Shown here piece by piece: positions 17,439-26,399 of a DNA stretch of 49,287 nt; the first letter of the stretch is position 1, and each line of letters opens with the position of its first letter. A program made the position numbers and the translations under genes. Location of the stretch: the UHGV virus genome UHGV-0210521; one strand, written 5' to 3'. The stretch is from a virus. The notes below the pieces were generated by a model. That model had not been told where the DNA came from, searched no databases, and was given only the letters and a program-made list of their open reading frames with translations.

Positions 17439-18795
17439 CTACCAATCCACCGCCACCGAGTTCATCATCGACCATGACGAGGCCGCGATTCTCCTTGGCA
17501 TGGGTTTGGGCAAGAGCGTGATCACGTTGACGGCGATCTGGCAGCTCATGCTCGACTACTTCACCATCTCCCGCGTGCTGGTTGTCGCACCGCTTCGAGT
17601 AGCGCGAGACACCTGGCCCGCCGAAATTCGCAAGTGGGATCACCTTGACGGGCTCACCGTCGCGGTTGCTGTCGGCACCAAAGCCGACCGGCTGGCGGCG
17701 TTAGCCAAGTCTGCGATGGTGACCATCATCAACCGTGAAAACATTCCCTGGCTCGTGAACCAGATGGGCGGTAGCTGGCCGTTCGACATGGTCGTCATCG
17801 ACGAACTCTCCAGCTTCAAAAACCACCGTGCGAAACGGTTCACGGCGCTGGTGAAAATGCGCCCCTTCGTTAAACGCTGGGTCGGGCTGACCGGCACGCC
17901 AGCCTCGAACGGGCTCATGGACGTGTGGGCGCAGTTCCGGCTTCTCGACGGCGGCGAGCGTTTGGGCCGGTTTATTACTCGTTATCGGGAGCGTTGGTTC
18001 GTACCCGATAAACGCAACGGGATGCAGGTGTTCACCTATAAGCCCCGCGCGGGTGCCGAAGATGAGATCTACGGTGTGATTGGTGACATGACGTTGTCGA
18101 TGAGAACCACCGACCACCTGCAATTACCGGAATTGACGGTGACGACAATGCCTGTGGTGCTGGAGCCGAAAGAGCGCAAGGTCTACGAGCAACTCAAAGC
18201 TGACCTCGTTCTCGACCTTGATGGGGCGACGATTGATGCCGCGAACGCCGCAGCTTTGTCCGGCAAGCTACTCCAACTCGCGAGCGGCGCGATCTACACC
18301 AGCAACGGTCAATGGACGGCGGTTCATGAGCGCAAGCTCGACGTCCTCGAAGATCTCATCGAGGCAGCCAACGGCAACCCACTGCTCGTGGCCTACTGGT
18401 TTACCCATGACCGTCAGCGCATCACCGCCCGCTTCCCGCAGGCTCGCGAACTTAAAACAAGCGCGGATATCGAGACATGGAACAAAGGTGAGATCACCCT
18501 CGGCTTGATCCACCCAGCATCGGCGGGTCACGGATTGAACCTCCAGGCAGGCGGGCATCTGCTGGTGTGGTTCTCGTTGACGTGGAGCCTGGAGCTTTAT
18601 CAACAGACGAACGCTCGCTTGTATCGGCAAGGTCAATCCGAACCTGTGACGATCACGCATCTGGTTGCGGAAGGGACGCTCGATGAAGCCGTGCTCAAAG
18701 CTCTTGATGCGAAAGATGCTACGCAGGCTGCGTTGATCGACGCGGTCGCACACGAAATCCACACAACCACTGAAAGGACAAGCTCATGCATGTGA
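17419..18795 (+). CDS. SNF2-family DNA helicase
   Basis: GMGLGKS Walker A, VVIDELSSFKN DExx box, C-terminal helicase domain; GGAGGTG upstream of ATG 17419, overlapping the VRR-NUC gene end. Confidence 0.75.
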   Translation: MHYTPHNYQSTATEFIIDHDEAAILLGMGLGKSVITLTAIWQLMLDYFTISRVLVVAPLRVARDTWPAEIRKWDHLDGLTVAVAVGTKADRLAALAKSAMVTIINRENIPWLVNQMGGSWPFDMVVIDELSSFKNHRAKRFTALVKMRPFVKRWVGLTGTPASNGLMDVWAQFRLLDGGERLGRFITRYRERWFVPDKRNGMQVFTYKPRAGAEDEIYGVIGDMTLSMRTTDHLQLPELTVTTMPVVLEPKERKVYEQLKADLVLDLDGATIDAANAAALSGKLLQLASGAIYTSNGQWTAVHERKLDVLEDLIEAANGNPLLVAYWFTHDRQRITARFPQARELKTSADIETWNKGEITLGLIHPASAGHGLNLQAGGHLLVWFSLTWSLELYQQTNARLYRQGQSEPVTITHLVAEGTLDEAVLKALDAKDATQAALIDAVAHEIHTTTERTSSCM

Positions 18796-19244
18796 TGACG
18801 AAATACCTCGACACAAGGAAAGCCGCGATCGCAGCTCTGCAGGATTATGCGGTGATGGAACAGATCATCGAGAGTACTGACGAGCAGATCAAGGCGGCTT
18901 ATGCTGATGCTGCTAGTCCTGCTTCTCCGCGTATGGACGGCACACCACCCTCGGGTGATCTGCACGCTTCGGAGAACAGGATCGTTGCGAGCATTGAGCG
19001 GATCGATGCGTACAAGGCTCGCTACCTGCAGGCTCGCCAGTACATGGACTGGTTTCTGCCTGCGTGGGAAGTCATCGCTGAAGACGACCGCTTCATCCTC
19101 GAAGGCTTCTTCCTCAGCGAGGGGACGCAAGATGAGAAGGTGTCGATGATAGCCGATCATTTCTACGTCGAGCGTGACACGGTCTATCGGCGCAAGAACC
19201 GGGCCCTCGACAGGTTCGCCACCGCCTTGTATGGACAGCTCTAG
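18786..19244 (+). CDS. ArpU/RinA-like phage late transcriptional regulator (sigma region-4-like)
   Basis: C-terminal VSMIADHFYVERDTVYRRKNRALDRFATAL HTH-like segment; position just upstream of the packaging genes; start could be 18786 or 18795. Confidence 0.4.
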   Translation: MHVMTKYLDTRKAAIAALQDYAVMEQIIESTDEQIKAAYADAASPASPRMDGTPPSGDLHASENRIVASIERIDAYKARYLQARQYMDWFLPAWEVIAEDDRFILEGFFLSEGTQDEKVSMIADHFYVERDTVYRRKNRALDRFATALYGQL

Positions 19245-19317
19245 CGTTAGCGGGTATCCGAAACATGCGATAGAAAACCGCATATCAGTGTGAGAACATA
19301 TAAGTGATTGAAAACTA

Positions 19318-19362
19318 GGTGAAGCCCCAAGAACCCACACACGGGAATCTTGGGGCTTCACC
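19318..19362 (+). other. Strong stem-loop (15-bp perfect stem GGTGAAGCCCCAAGA / TCTTGGGGCTTCACC, 15-nt loop)
   Basis: Direct inspection; lies between the late-regulator gene and the HNH gene; no U-tract follows. Confidence 0.5.
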
Positions 19363-19387
19363 ACATCCGGGGGGGAAGGAGCCAGCG

Positions 19388-19765
19388 ATGCCGGTCAAAC
19401 CAGCCTCCCCGTGCTCTCACCCTGGTTGTCCCGAGCTCACCCACGACCGCTACTGCGAACAACATGCCAAGGCAGAGGACGCCCGGTATCGGAAGTATCA
19501 GCGTGATCCGAAGATCAATCGCCGCTACGGCTCACGGTGGCGCAAGATCCGCGCCGCCTACGTCGCCGCCCACCCGCTCTGCGAAGACTGCCTAGAGGCC
19601 GGTCTCTACACGCCAGTACAAGAGGTTCACCACATTCTCCCGCTCGAACACGGCGGCACCCACAACTTCGACAACCTCCGAAGCCTGTGCAAGCCTTGCC
19701 ACTCCAGGCAGACCGCGCTCGATGATGACCGATGGCGGCAACAACCTCGGGTCTACACCTACTGA
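19388..19765 (+). CDS. HNH endonuclease
   Basis: HHILPLEHGGTHNFDNLRSLCKPCH motif plus N-terminal Cys pairs; GGAAGGAG RBS upstream of ATG 19388. Confidence 0.8.
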   Translation: MPVKPASPCSHPGCPELTHDRYCEQHAKAEDARYRKYQRDPKINRRYGSRWRKIRAAYVAAHPLCEDCLEAGLYTPVQEVHHILPLEHGGTHNFDNLRSLCKPCHSRQTALDDDRWRQQPRVYTY

Positions 19766-20046
19766 CGAGCACCCACGTTGTACACTGTCGCGCCGAAGTT
19801 CTGGAACCTCAAAGTTACCCACCTTGATGGTGTTCGGCGGACACGGGGCAACGTCGAAAGCCTGGTGAGGGGGTGGGGGTTCTCAATCTCTAACCGCAGG
19901 TCAGAGGTCAGCGGGCGGGGCCAACCGTGCGCAAAGTTCCCGAATCAAACAGGGTATTGACCCGCCCCACGAATTCTTCAGCGCCTGCGAGCGCACTTTC
20001 GGCCTCCAGTCCAAGGCGACAACGGCCTAGACAAGGAGGCACATCC

Positions 20047-20619
20047 ATGGCGAAAGACGGCACGAACCGGGGCGGGCGCCGCGTGCGAGCTGGCGCGAAA
20101 CCTGATCCGTTGAATGAGAAGCTCGCAGCTGGCCGCCCCGCCACTCGGCTTGAGGATCCGCTGGGTGAGCCGTTCGATTTCGAAGGCAGCGATATTGGGG
20201 ACGGCGCGGTGCTCGCTGGGGAGACTATGCCTGAACCATCGGATTATCTCTCCGACATTCAGCGCGATGGCAAACCGCTCGGCGCTGACCTGGTCTACCG
20301 AGAAACGTGGCAGTGGCTCGATGCTCGTGGCTGTTCCCAGTTCGTCGCCCCACGTCTGATCGAAGCCTATGCGCAGGCGTTCGCCCGCTATGTGCAGTGT
20401 GAGCAGGCAATCTCCAAGTTCGGTTTGCTAGGTAAGCACCCGACCACGGGGGCTGCTATCGCTTCCCCGTTTGTTGCGATGAGCCAGTCTTTTGGTAAGC
20501 AAGCAAACGTGTATTGGTATGAGATTTTTGAAATTGTGCGGGCGAACTGCACTAGTGACTATTCGGGTGCGGCTCCTGGTGATGAGGTTATGGAGCAGTT
20601 GTTGAAAGCACGCTCGTAG
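20047..20619 (+). CDS. Terminase small subunit (P27-like)
   Basis: Pattern ... WQWLDARG ... LIEAYAQAFARYVQCEQAISKFGLL ... typical of P27-family TerS; AGGAGG upstream of ATG 20047. Confidence 0.55.
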   Translation: MAKDGTNRGGRRVRAGAKPDPLNEKLAAGRPATRLEDPLGEPFDFEGSDIGDGAVLAGETMPEPSDYLSDIQRDGKPLGADLVYRETWQWLDARGCSQFVAPRLIEAYAQAFARYVQCEQAISKFGLLGKHPTTGAAIASPFVAMSQSFGKQANVYWYEIFEIVRANCTSDYSGAAPGDEVMEQLLKARS

Positions 20620-20641
20620 ATGCGTCCTAGTGTTTTTGAGC

Positions 20642-20917
20642 TTATTTGGGGCGTTTTGTTGCGCTGAAGCCTGCCCCTAGCGCGCTCCCAACTCCTACGC
20701 CGATAGCTAACCCCAAGGCAATATTGTTCATAATGAACCCAAGGGCAGTGCCAGCCATCATCCCGGCCATCATTCCGTAGGCCACGGCTTTACCATCACC
20801 ATCAGAAGGCTCTTGCTCCTGCGGATTAGGTTTACTCGTTTCGTCTTGCACGCATTCCAGTATCGCACACGATTCGGGTTTTCCTCGTTTTCTTCGCTCC
20901 CTGCTCCTGTCTGACAT
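20642..20917 (-). CDS. Small glycine-zipper membrane protein (accessory gene)
   Basis: 91 aa on the opposite strand; charged N-terminus then GMMAGMMAGTALGF ... GLAIGVGVGSALGAGF glycine-zipper helices; divergent from metK. Confidence 0.5.
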   Translation of the reverse strand: MSDRSRERRKRGKPESCAILECVQDETSKPNPQEQEPSDGDGKAVAYGMMAGMMAGTALGFIMNNIALGLAIGVGVGSALGAGFSATKRPK

Positions 20918-20966
20918 GGTGGGGAGTTTTTGTTTCTTTTGATTTTTCTACTGAAAGGGCATTCCT

Positions 20967-22157
20967 ATGACTATGGTTCGCAGCGCTGAAGCAGTGTGTG
21001 TCGGCCATCCCGATAAGCTCTGCGACCTGATCGCCGACACCATTCTCGACGACATCCTCTACGAGGATCCTGCTGCCCGCGTTGCAGTAGAAGTGATGGC
21101 ATCTGGTCACAGGATCATTGTGACTGGCGAGATAACTTCGAAGGTTCGTCCGCGTATTCGTGAGTCGGTGCGTTATGCGTTGGTGAAGGCGGGGTATGTG
21201 CCGTGGAAGTTCCTCGTTTTCGTCTGGACTCGCAGGCAGTCTCCAGACATCAACGCAGGAGTCACCCGATCGCTCGAAGCTCGTTTCGGTGACGACACTG
21301 AGTTCGCCCTCCAAGGAGCAGGTGACCAAGGAACCGTTTATGGATACGCCACGGCGGAAACCCCGGAGCGTTTGCCGTTGCCGCTGGTGCTCTCACACGA
21401 GATTTGCGCCCGCCTCGATAAGGCGCGCAAGGACGGCACGATCACCGGGATCAAGTCCGATGGTAAGGCGCAGGTGACAGTTCGTTACGACGCTGCTGGT
21501 AAGCCCGTGGCGGTTGAGACCGTGGTGGTGTCGATCCAACACGAGAAGATCAAGGATCTGGATGAGCTTGCAGCTGAGGTCAAAACACTGATCGTCGCAC
21601 CCGCGTGTAAGCCGTACCGGCCGATTAGCGCTGATACCGAGATTCTGGTGAATCCCTCGGGCTTGTTTACGGTTGGTGGGCCGAAGGCGGACACTGGACT
21701 GACGGGCCGCAAGTTGATGGTTGACACTTACGGCGGACTCGCCCCTCACGGTGGTGGAGCGTTCTCTGGTAAGGACGCCTCGAAGGTGGACCGCTCGGGT
21801 GCATATATGGCGCGCCTGATCGCCAAGACTATCGTCGACGCTCGTCTGGCTCATGAGTGTCAGGTGGCGATCAGTTATGCGATTGGGAAGGCTGACCCGG
21901 TCGCCTTCACCATCGACACCCTCGGGACAGGCGAATACTCTGACGAGATCCTCACTGCTGCTGCACGCGAGGTGTTCTCGCTGCGCCCTGGAGCAATCAT
22001 CGATGCTTTGAATCTTCGCAAGCCTGGTTTTACACAGTATTCAACCTATGGGCACTTCGGCCATGTCGGTCTGCGTTGGGAGAACTCGTTCGCTCACGTT
22101 AATGCTTTAGGGAAGGCGGTGAAGAAGCATGCTCATGAAAACAATGCCAATAGCTGA
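20967..22157 (+). CDS. metK: S-adenosylmethionine synthetase (methionine adenosyltransferase)
   Basis: MetK signatures GHPDKLCD, RQSPDINAGV, GAGDQG, LTGRKLMVDTYGG, HGGGAFSGKDASKVDRSGAY, YGHFG. Confidence 0.85.
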   Translation: MTMVRSAEAVCVGHPDKLCDLIADTILDDILYEDPAARVAVEVMASGHRIIVTGEITSKVRPRIRESVRYALVKAGYVPWKFLVFVWTRRQSPDINAGVTRSLEARFGDDTEFALQGAGDQGTVYGYATAETPERLPLPLVLSHEICARLDKARKDGTITGIKSDGKAQVTVRYDAAGKPVAVETVVVSIQHEKIKDLDELAAEVKTLIVAPACKPYRPISADTEILVNPSGLFTVGGPKADTGLTGRKLMVDTYGGLAPHGGGAFSGKDASKVDRSGAYMARLIAKTIVDARLAHECQVAISYAIGKADPVAFTIDTLGTGEYSDEILTAAAREVFSLRPGAIIDALNLRKPGFTQYSTYGHFGHVGLRWENSFAHVNALGKAVKKHAHENNANS

Positions 22158-23379
22158 GCTGAAGCCCGCTGACTACAATCCGCGTAAAGACCTCCAGCCC
22201 GGCGATCCCGAATACGAGAAGCTCAAGCGCTCGCTCACCGAGTTTGGCTACGTCGAACCCGTCATCTGGAACAAGACCACCGGCAACATCGTGGGTGGGC
22301 ATCAGCGCTTGAAGGTGCTCGAAGAACTCGGCCACAACACCGTGGATGTGATCGTCGTGGAGTTGGATGAGACGCGCGAGAAAGCCCTCAACATCGCGTT
22401 GAATAAGATCAGCGGCGAATGGGATAACGATAAACTTGCCCTCCTCATCGCTGACCTTGACGCTTCGGATTTCGACGCTGAACTGACTGGCTTTGACGAT
22501 GCTGAGATCGCGCAGCTTATCGGCTCCCTCGACGAGGGTGAGGTGGAGGATGATGATTTCGACCTCACCGCCGCACTCGAAGCAGCCGCATTTGTCCAGC
22601 GTGGGGATGTGTGGACGGTCGGTCGCCACCGCCTCGTGTGCGGGGATGCCACCAGTGCCGACGACATCGCCACACTGATGGATGGTAAGCGCGCGAATCT
22701 TGTGTTGACCGATCCGCCATATAACGTTGCCTTCGAATCAGGCTCGGGCTTGTCCATCAAGAACGACAAGATGGATGGCGAGAAGTTCTACGACTTCCTG
22801 CTATCGGCGTTTACGAACATGGCGGGCGTGTGTGAGAAAGGCGCATCCGCGTATGTGTTCCACGCTGACACTGAAGGGTTGAATTTCCGTCGCGCCTTCG
22901 CAGAGGCCGGATTCTATCTTTCGGGGTGTTGCATCTGGGTCAAAGACTCTCTGGTTCTTGGTCGCTCGCCCTACCAGTGGCAGCACGAGCCAGTGCTCTA
23001 CGGGTGGGTGAAGACAGGTAAGCATCGCTGGTATGCGGATCGCAAACAAACCACGATCTGGAATTTCGCTAAGCCCCGCCGCAACGCCGATCATCCGACC
23101 AGCAAGCCGCTGGATTTGTTGGCGTATCCGATCGGAAACTCCACCCAGGCGAACGCGATCGTGCTCGACACCTTCGCAGGCTCAGGCTCAACCTTGATGG
23201 CGTGCGAGGCAACCGACCGCATCTGCTATTGCATGGAGTTCGACGAGAAATACGCCTCCGTGATTTTGCGCCGCTATGCCGAACACACCGGGGACGCGGC
23301 AGGGATCACCTGTTTGCGTGAGGGCAAAGAATACGCGTATTTGGATTTGGTGCGCGATGTTGATCGGGGTGAATCGTGA
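22129..23379 (+). CDS. ParB-like nuclease domain fused to DNA methyltransferase (N6-adenine/N4-cytosine class, DPPY motif)
   Basis: N-terminal ParB-like PIAELKPADYNPR ... GGHQRL; MTase motif LVLTDPPYNVAF; start choice (22129, 22135 or 22144) uncertain. Confidence 0.8.
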   Translation: MLMKTMPIAELKPADYNPRKDLQPGDPEYEKLKRSLTEFGYVEPVIWNKTTGNIVGGHQRLKVLEELGHNTVDVIVVELDETREKALNIALNKISGEWDNDKLALLIADLDASDFDAELTGFDDAEIAQLIGSLDEGEVEDDDFDLTAALEAAAFVQRGDVWTVGRHRLVCGDATSADDIATLMDGKRANLVLTDPPYNVAFESGSGLSIKNDKMDGEKFYDFLLSAFTNMAGVCEKGASAYVFHADTEGLNFRRAFAEAGFYLSGCCIWVKDSLVLGRSPYQWQHEPVLYGWVKTGKHRWYADRKQTTIWNFAKPRRNADHPTSKPLDLLAYPIGNSTQANAIVLDTFAGSGSTLMACEATDRICYCMEFDEKYASVILRRYAEHTGDAAGITCLREGKEYAYLDLVRDVDRGES

Positions 23380-24887
23380 GTGCTTTGACGTTGGGGTCCT
23401 TGTTTGATGGTTCGGGCGGTTTCCCTTTAGCTGCCAAAATGGTTGGTATCAAACCGATGTGGGCATCTGAGGTAGACCCCTTCGCTATCCGGGTAACTAA
23501 GAAAAATCTGCCTGAAGTTCGCCATGTTGGCGATATTAATTTGTTAGATGGTGGCCGGTTACAGCCGGTGGATGTGATCACGTTTGGTTCACCTTGTCAG
23601 GATTTATCTATCGCAGGTAAGCGGAGCGGGATTGATGGGTCTCGCTCCTCACTGTTTTACCAAGCTGTGCGAATTATTGAAGAAATGAGGCAAGCAACTC
23701 ATGGTGCCTACCCAAGATATGCTGTGTGGGAAAACGTGCCGGGCGTATTCTCCTCAAACCACGGAGCCGACTTCGCCGCGGTCTTGCAAGCGTTTATCGA
23801 GGTATCCTGCCAGCAAACGCCACGCATTCCTGTTCCTGAAACCAGCTGGGCAACCAGCGGATACGTCTTGGCAGATGGGGCATCACTTGCATGGCGAGTG
23901 CTCGATGCTCAATTTTTCGGAGTGCCCCAACGTCGTCGTCGTATCTTCCTTGTCGCAGATTTTGCAGGACAATCCGCACCCGAGATTCTATTTGAGTCCC
24001 AAAGCAGCACAAGGAATCCTGACGCGAGCAAAGAAGAAAAACAAAACCCTGCCCGAACAATTAGCCCAAGCACTACAGGCAACCAGTGCGGGGCGTTAAC
24101 TCTTCGTATGCGTGCCGGTAAGCCAGGCGGTGGTAAAGGGCCGTTGATTCAGCATGACCTTTCAGGCACATTAGGAACTGGTGCTGACCAAGTCTTATTT
24201 GAACCTAGCATGCAGGTGATGCTTGATTACCATCCCAATGATTCACGCATCGAAATTGGCGACCAGGTAACAAGTCAAACCTTAACTTCACGAATGGGAA
24301 CAGGAGGTGGAAATGTTCCACTCCTACTCGACCAACCTGTATACGGTATAAATTCCGTCCACGACAATCGTAAATATGGTGGTGAATGCGGTTACGAAAC
24401 CACTGTGGCAAAAACTCTTGATTTAGCTGGCGGTAATCCCGCATGCAATCAAGGCGGAATGGTCATTCTCGAACCGATCTATGCTTCTTCGAAATCTGAT
24501 CATTTCACGAGGGCAACCACAAATGTTTCAGGTGCACTTTTGGCAAGTGATTCACACCAGCCACCTATTGTCGCTAATACGATGCTTCGACCACGCAAAC
24601 TCACACCCCTCGAATGTTCTCGTCTACAAGGCTTCCCGGACTATTGGTGTGACAACCTCACAAACCTCGACCCAGACGAAGACGAAATCAGGTACTGGGA
24701 GGGCGTGTGGAAGAACTGGAACCTAGGACGGGGCGTGAAACCGAAAACTCGCAGCCAAATCACTACTTGGCTGAAAACCGCGCCAACTGATTCAGCACAG
24801 TACAAACTGTGGGGAAATGGGGTGGCATTACCAGTAGTGAAATACGTCCTCAACAGGCTACAAAAAGCAGCCAATACGACTGGATAA
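23376..24887 (+). CDS. DNA (cytosine-5)-methyltransferase
   Basis: Motif I LFDGSGG, motif IV GSPCQDLSIAG, motif VI WENVPG, motif VIII QRRRR, motif X WGNGVALP; long variable region between VIII and IX. Confidence 0.85.
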   Translation: MSALTLGSLFDGSGGFPLAAKMVGIKPMWASEVDPFAIRVTKKNLPEVRHVGDINLLDGGRLQPVDVITFGSPCQDLSIAGKRSGIDGSRSSLFYQAVRIIEEMRQATHGAYPRYAVWENVPGVFSSNHGADFAAVLQAFIEVSCQQTPRIPVPETSWATSGYVLADGASLAWRVLDAQFFGVPQRRRRIFLVADFAGQSAPEILFESQSSTRNPDASKEEKQNPARTISPSTTGNQCGALTLRMRAGKPGGGKGPLIQHDLSGTLGTGADQVLFEPSMQVMLDYHPNDSRIEIGDQVTSQTLTSRMGTGGGNVPLLLDQPVYGINSVHDNRKYGGECGYETTVAKTLDLAGGNPACNQGGMVILEPIYASSKSDHFTRATTNVSGALLASDSHQPPIVANTMLRPRKLTPLECSRLQGFPDYWCDNLTNLDPDEDEIRYWEGVWKNWNLGRGVKPKTRSQITTWLKTAPTDSAQYKLWGNGVALPVVKYVLNRLQKAANTTG

Positions 24888-24927
24888 GCGGGCGCACCTA
24901 TGGCTGTATGTACATGACCAAACAAGA
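24878..24927. repeat. 50-bp conserved element copy 1 (GACTGGAT-N12-TATGGCTGTATGTACATGACCAAACAAGA)
   Basis: Copies at 25853-25902 and 26350-26399; contains palindromic core ATGTACAT; overlaps the 3' end of the C5-MTase gene. Confidence 0.7.
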
Positions 24928-24963
24928 TCCCTAACTGGGGGAAACACGAATTGGAGGATGGTC

Positions 24964-25152
24964 ATGAGCGAACTACATATCGAGATCAGCGAAATGCTCG
25001 ACGCGGGCATCAATATCTGGGATGTCGAGGAAGCCCACGACATTGCACGAAAGTGGGACTTCCCGCTGGTTGTCGGTGCGATCGAACACGACCCGCACGG
25101 CTATTTGCGTCTGGTCGAGTCTTGGTTTGACGGTGAGGGTGTGGCGGCATGA
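24964..25152 (+). CDS. Hypothetical small acidic protein
   Basis: 62 aa, about 23 percent Asp+Glu; GGAGGA RBS 6 nt upstream of ATG 24964; downstream of repeat copy 1. Confidence 0.45.
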   Translation: MSELHIEISEMLDAGINIWDVEEAHDIARKWDFPLVVGAIEHDPHGYLRLVESWFDGEGVAA

Positions 25153-25796
25153 ACCAAATTTCGTTCGCCTCGAACCAGAGCGGGCGTAAGAAACTCGCCG
25201 ACACCATCGCCTCTCACCTTGGCGTCAGAGCGGAGTATACGGGCACGCCCACGTTCGACTACCAGATCGGAAATGCACGCCTTGATCAGGATTGGGTGCT
25301 CCACCTCCCAGAGGAGGTCGACACCGACGCCCTCACCGAGACGGCGATTACGGCTGGTTTTGCACCCACGGGCGAGGAGTACGGGCTGACGCTCGCATTC
25401 CCCACGACTGGCTGGGACGAGGCCACAGGCGCGAAGCTTGAAGCCCTGCTCGCCGCCAAGGGAGCACTCATCGCCAAGGCACTCGATATTCCAGCCACGC
25501 CCATGAAGATGGACGAGGTGGAGGGAACGGTTGAGTTTGCTTGGTTCGATCAGCTTCCTGAGGCGGAGGTGATTGAGGTGGCTAGCGTGCTTATCCAGCT
25601 GATGATCGAGCATGCCAAGACCGCCACCCGTATCTCGCCGAAGCCACCTGCGTCGGGTAATGATAAGTATGCGATGCGCTGTTGGCTGCTACGGCTGGGG
25701 ATGATTGGCAAGGGATACAAGAACGCTCGCCGCGTTCTGCTGGCAAACCTTGACGGGAACGCGGCGTGGAAAACCGCGCCACACCCGGCCGAATAA
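25149..25796 (+). CDS. Hypothetical phage protein
   Basis: 215 aa; ATGA overlap with the upstream gene; no recognisable catalytic motif. Confidence 0.5.
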   Translation: MNQISFASNQSGRKKLADTIASHLGVRAEYTGTPTFDYQIGNARLDQDWVLHLPEEVDTDALTETAITAGFAPTGEEYGLTLAFPTTGWDEATGAKLEALLAAKGALIAKALDIPATPMKMDEVEGTVEFAWFDQLPEAEVIEVASVLIQLMIEHAKTATRISPKPPASGNDKYAMRCWLLRLGMIGKGYKNARRVLLANLDGNAAWKTAPHPAE

Positions 25797-25852
25797 CCCG
25801 AGCAGAAACGAGAGACCAGAATCTCTATTTTCCTCGTTAATACGCGGAAGCC

Positions 25853-25902
25853 GACTGGATATGTGCGGCGACGTATGGCTGTATATACATGACCAAACAA
25901 GA
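25853..25902. repeat. 50-bp conserved element copy 2
   Basis: Matches copies 1 and 3; followed by AAGGAG and ATG 25919. Confidence 0.7.
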
Positions 25903-25918
25903 GATAAAGGAGAAGGTC

Positions 25919-26191
25919 ATGAACACCGAACTTACAGCCTTGAAGACCACCACAGCGGTTGCCAAGCACTACAAGATCCTGGGACACGCGATGCGCTACG
26001 GCACTCACCTGATCGCCACCAACCGCATCTGGAACGATGCCCTGGGCGCTTACGAGCATTTCGCCGCGATCTTCGAAATCCTTGGCGAAGGAAAGAACGC
26101 CCCAGTCGCCCTGGCCACCGAAGCTGATGAAGCCTTCACCGACGAAGGCCACGCAACCGCCTGGGCGATCGGCATGATCAACGCCCTCTAA
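25919..26191 (+). CDS. Hypothetical phage protein
   Basis: 90 aa from ATG 25919 (AAGGAG 6 nt upstream); track ORF begins at an ATG inside the repeat (25889). Confidence 0.5.
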   Translation: MNTELTALKTTTAVAKHYKILGHAMRYGTHLIATNRIWNDALGAYEHFAAIFEILGEGKNAPVALATEADEAFTDEGHATAWAIGMINAL

Positions 26192-26243
26192 CCACCGCGC
26201 TAGCCCCGACCCACACCGGCCGGGGCACACCACTCATAGCTTG

Positions 26244-26311
26244 CCACTCACACACCGGGGACGAATTTTCCTTCTTGTTTGGTCACATGATAGTCCCTCG
26301 TGTGTGAGTGG
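26244..26311. repeat. 12-bp perfect inverted repeat (CCACTCACACAC / GTGTGTGAGTGG) flanking a 44-bp spacer
   Basis: Direct inspection; spacer carries an inverted partial copy of the 50-bp element (TTGTTTGGTCACATGA). Confidence 0.5.
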
Positions 26312-26349
26312 CGATCATCGCTAAAATCCTTTGAAAATAAGCCAATAAT

Positions 26350-26399
26350 GACTGGATATAGTCGCGGGTCTATGGCTGTATGTACATGACCAAACAAGA
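26350..26399. repeat. 50-bp conserved element copy 3
   Basis: Matches copies 1 and 2; followed by AAGGAG and ATG 26414. Confidence 0.7.

Noticed and set aside
25889-25921. ATG inside the 50-bp element (ATGACCAAACAAGA, reading MTKQE ...) as a conserved start codon
   Set aside because: In copy 1 this frame stops after 6 codons and in copy 3 it is out of frame with the downstream gene, so the conserved ATG belongs to the regulatory element, not to translation starts.
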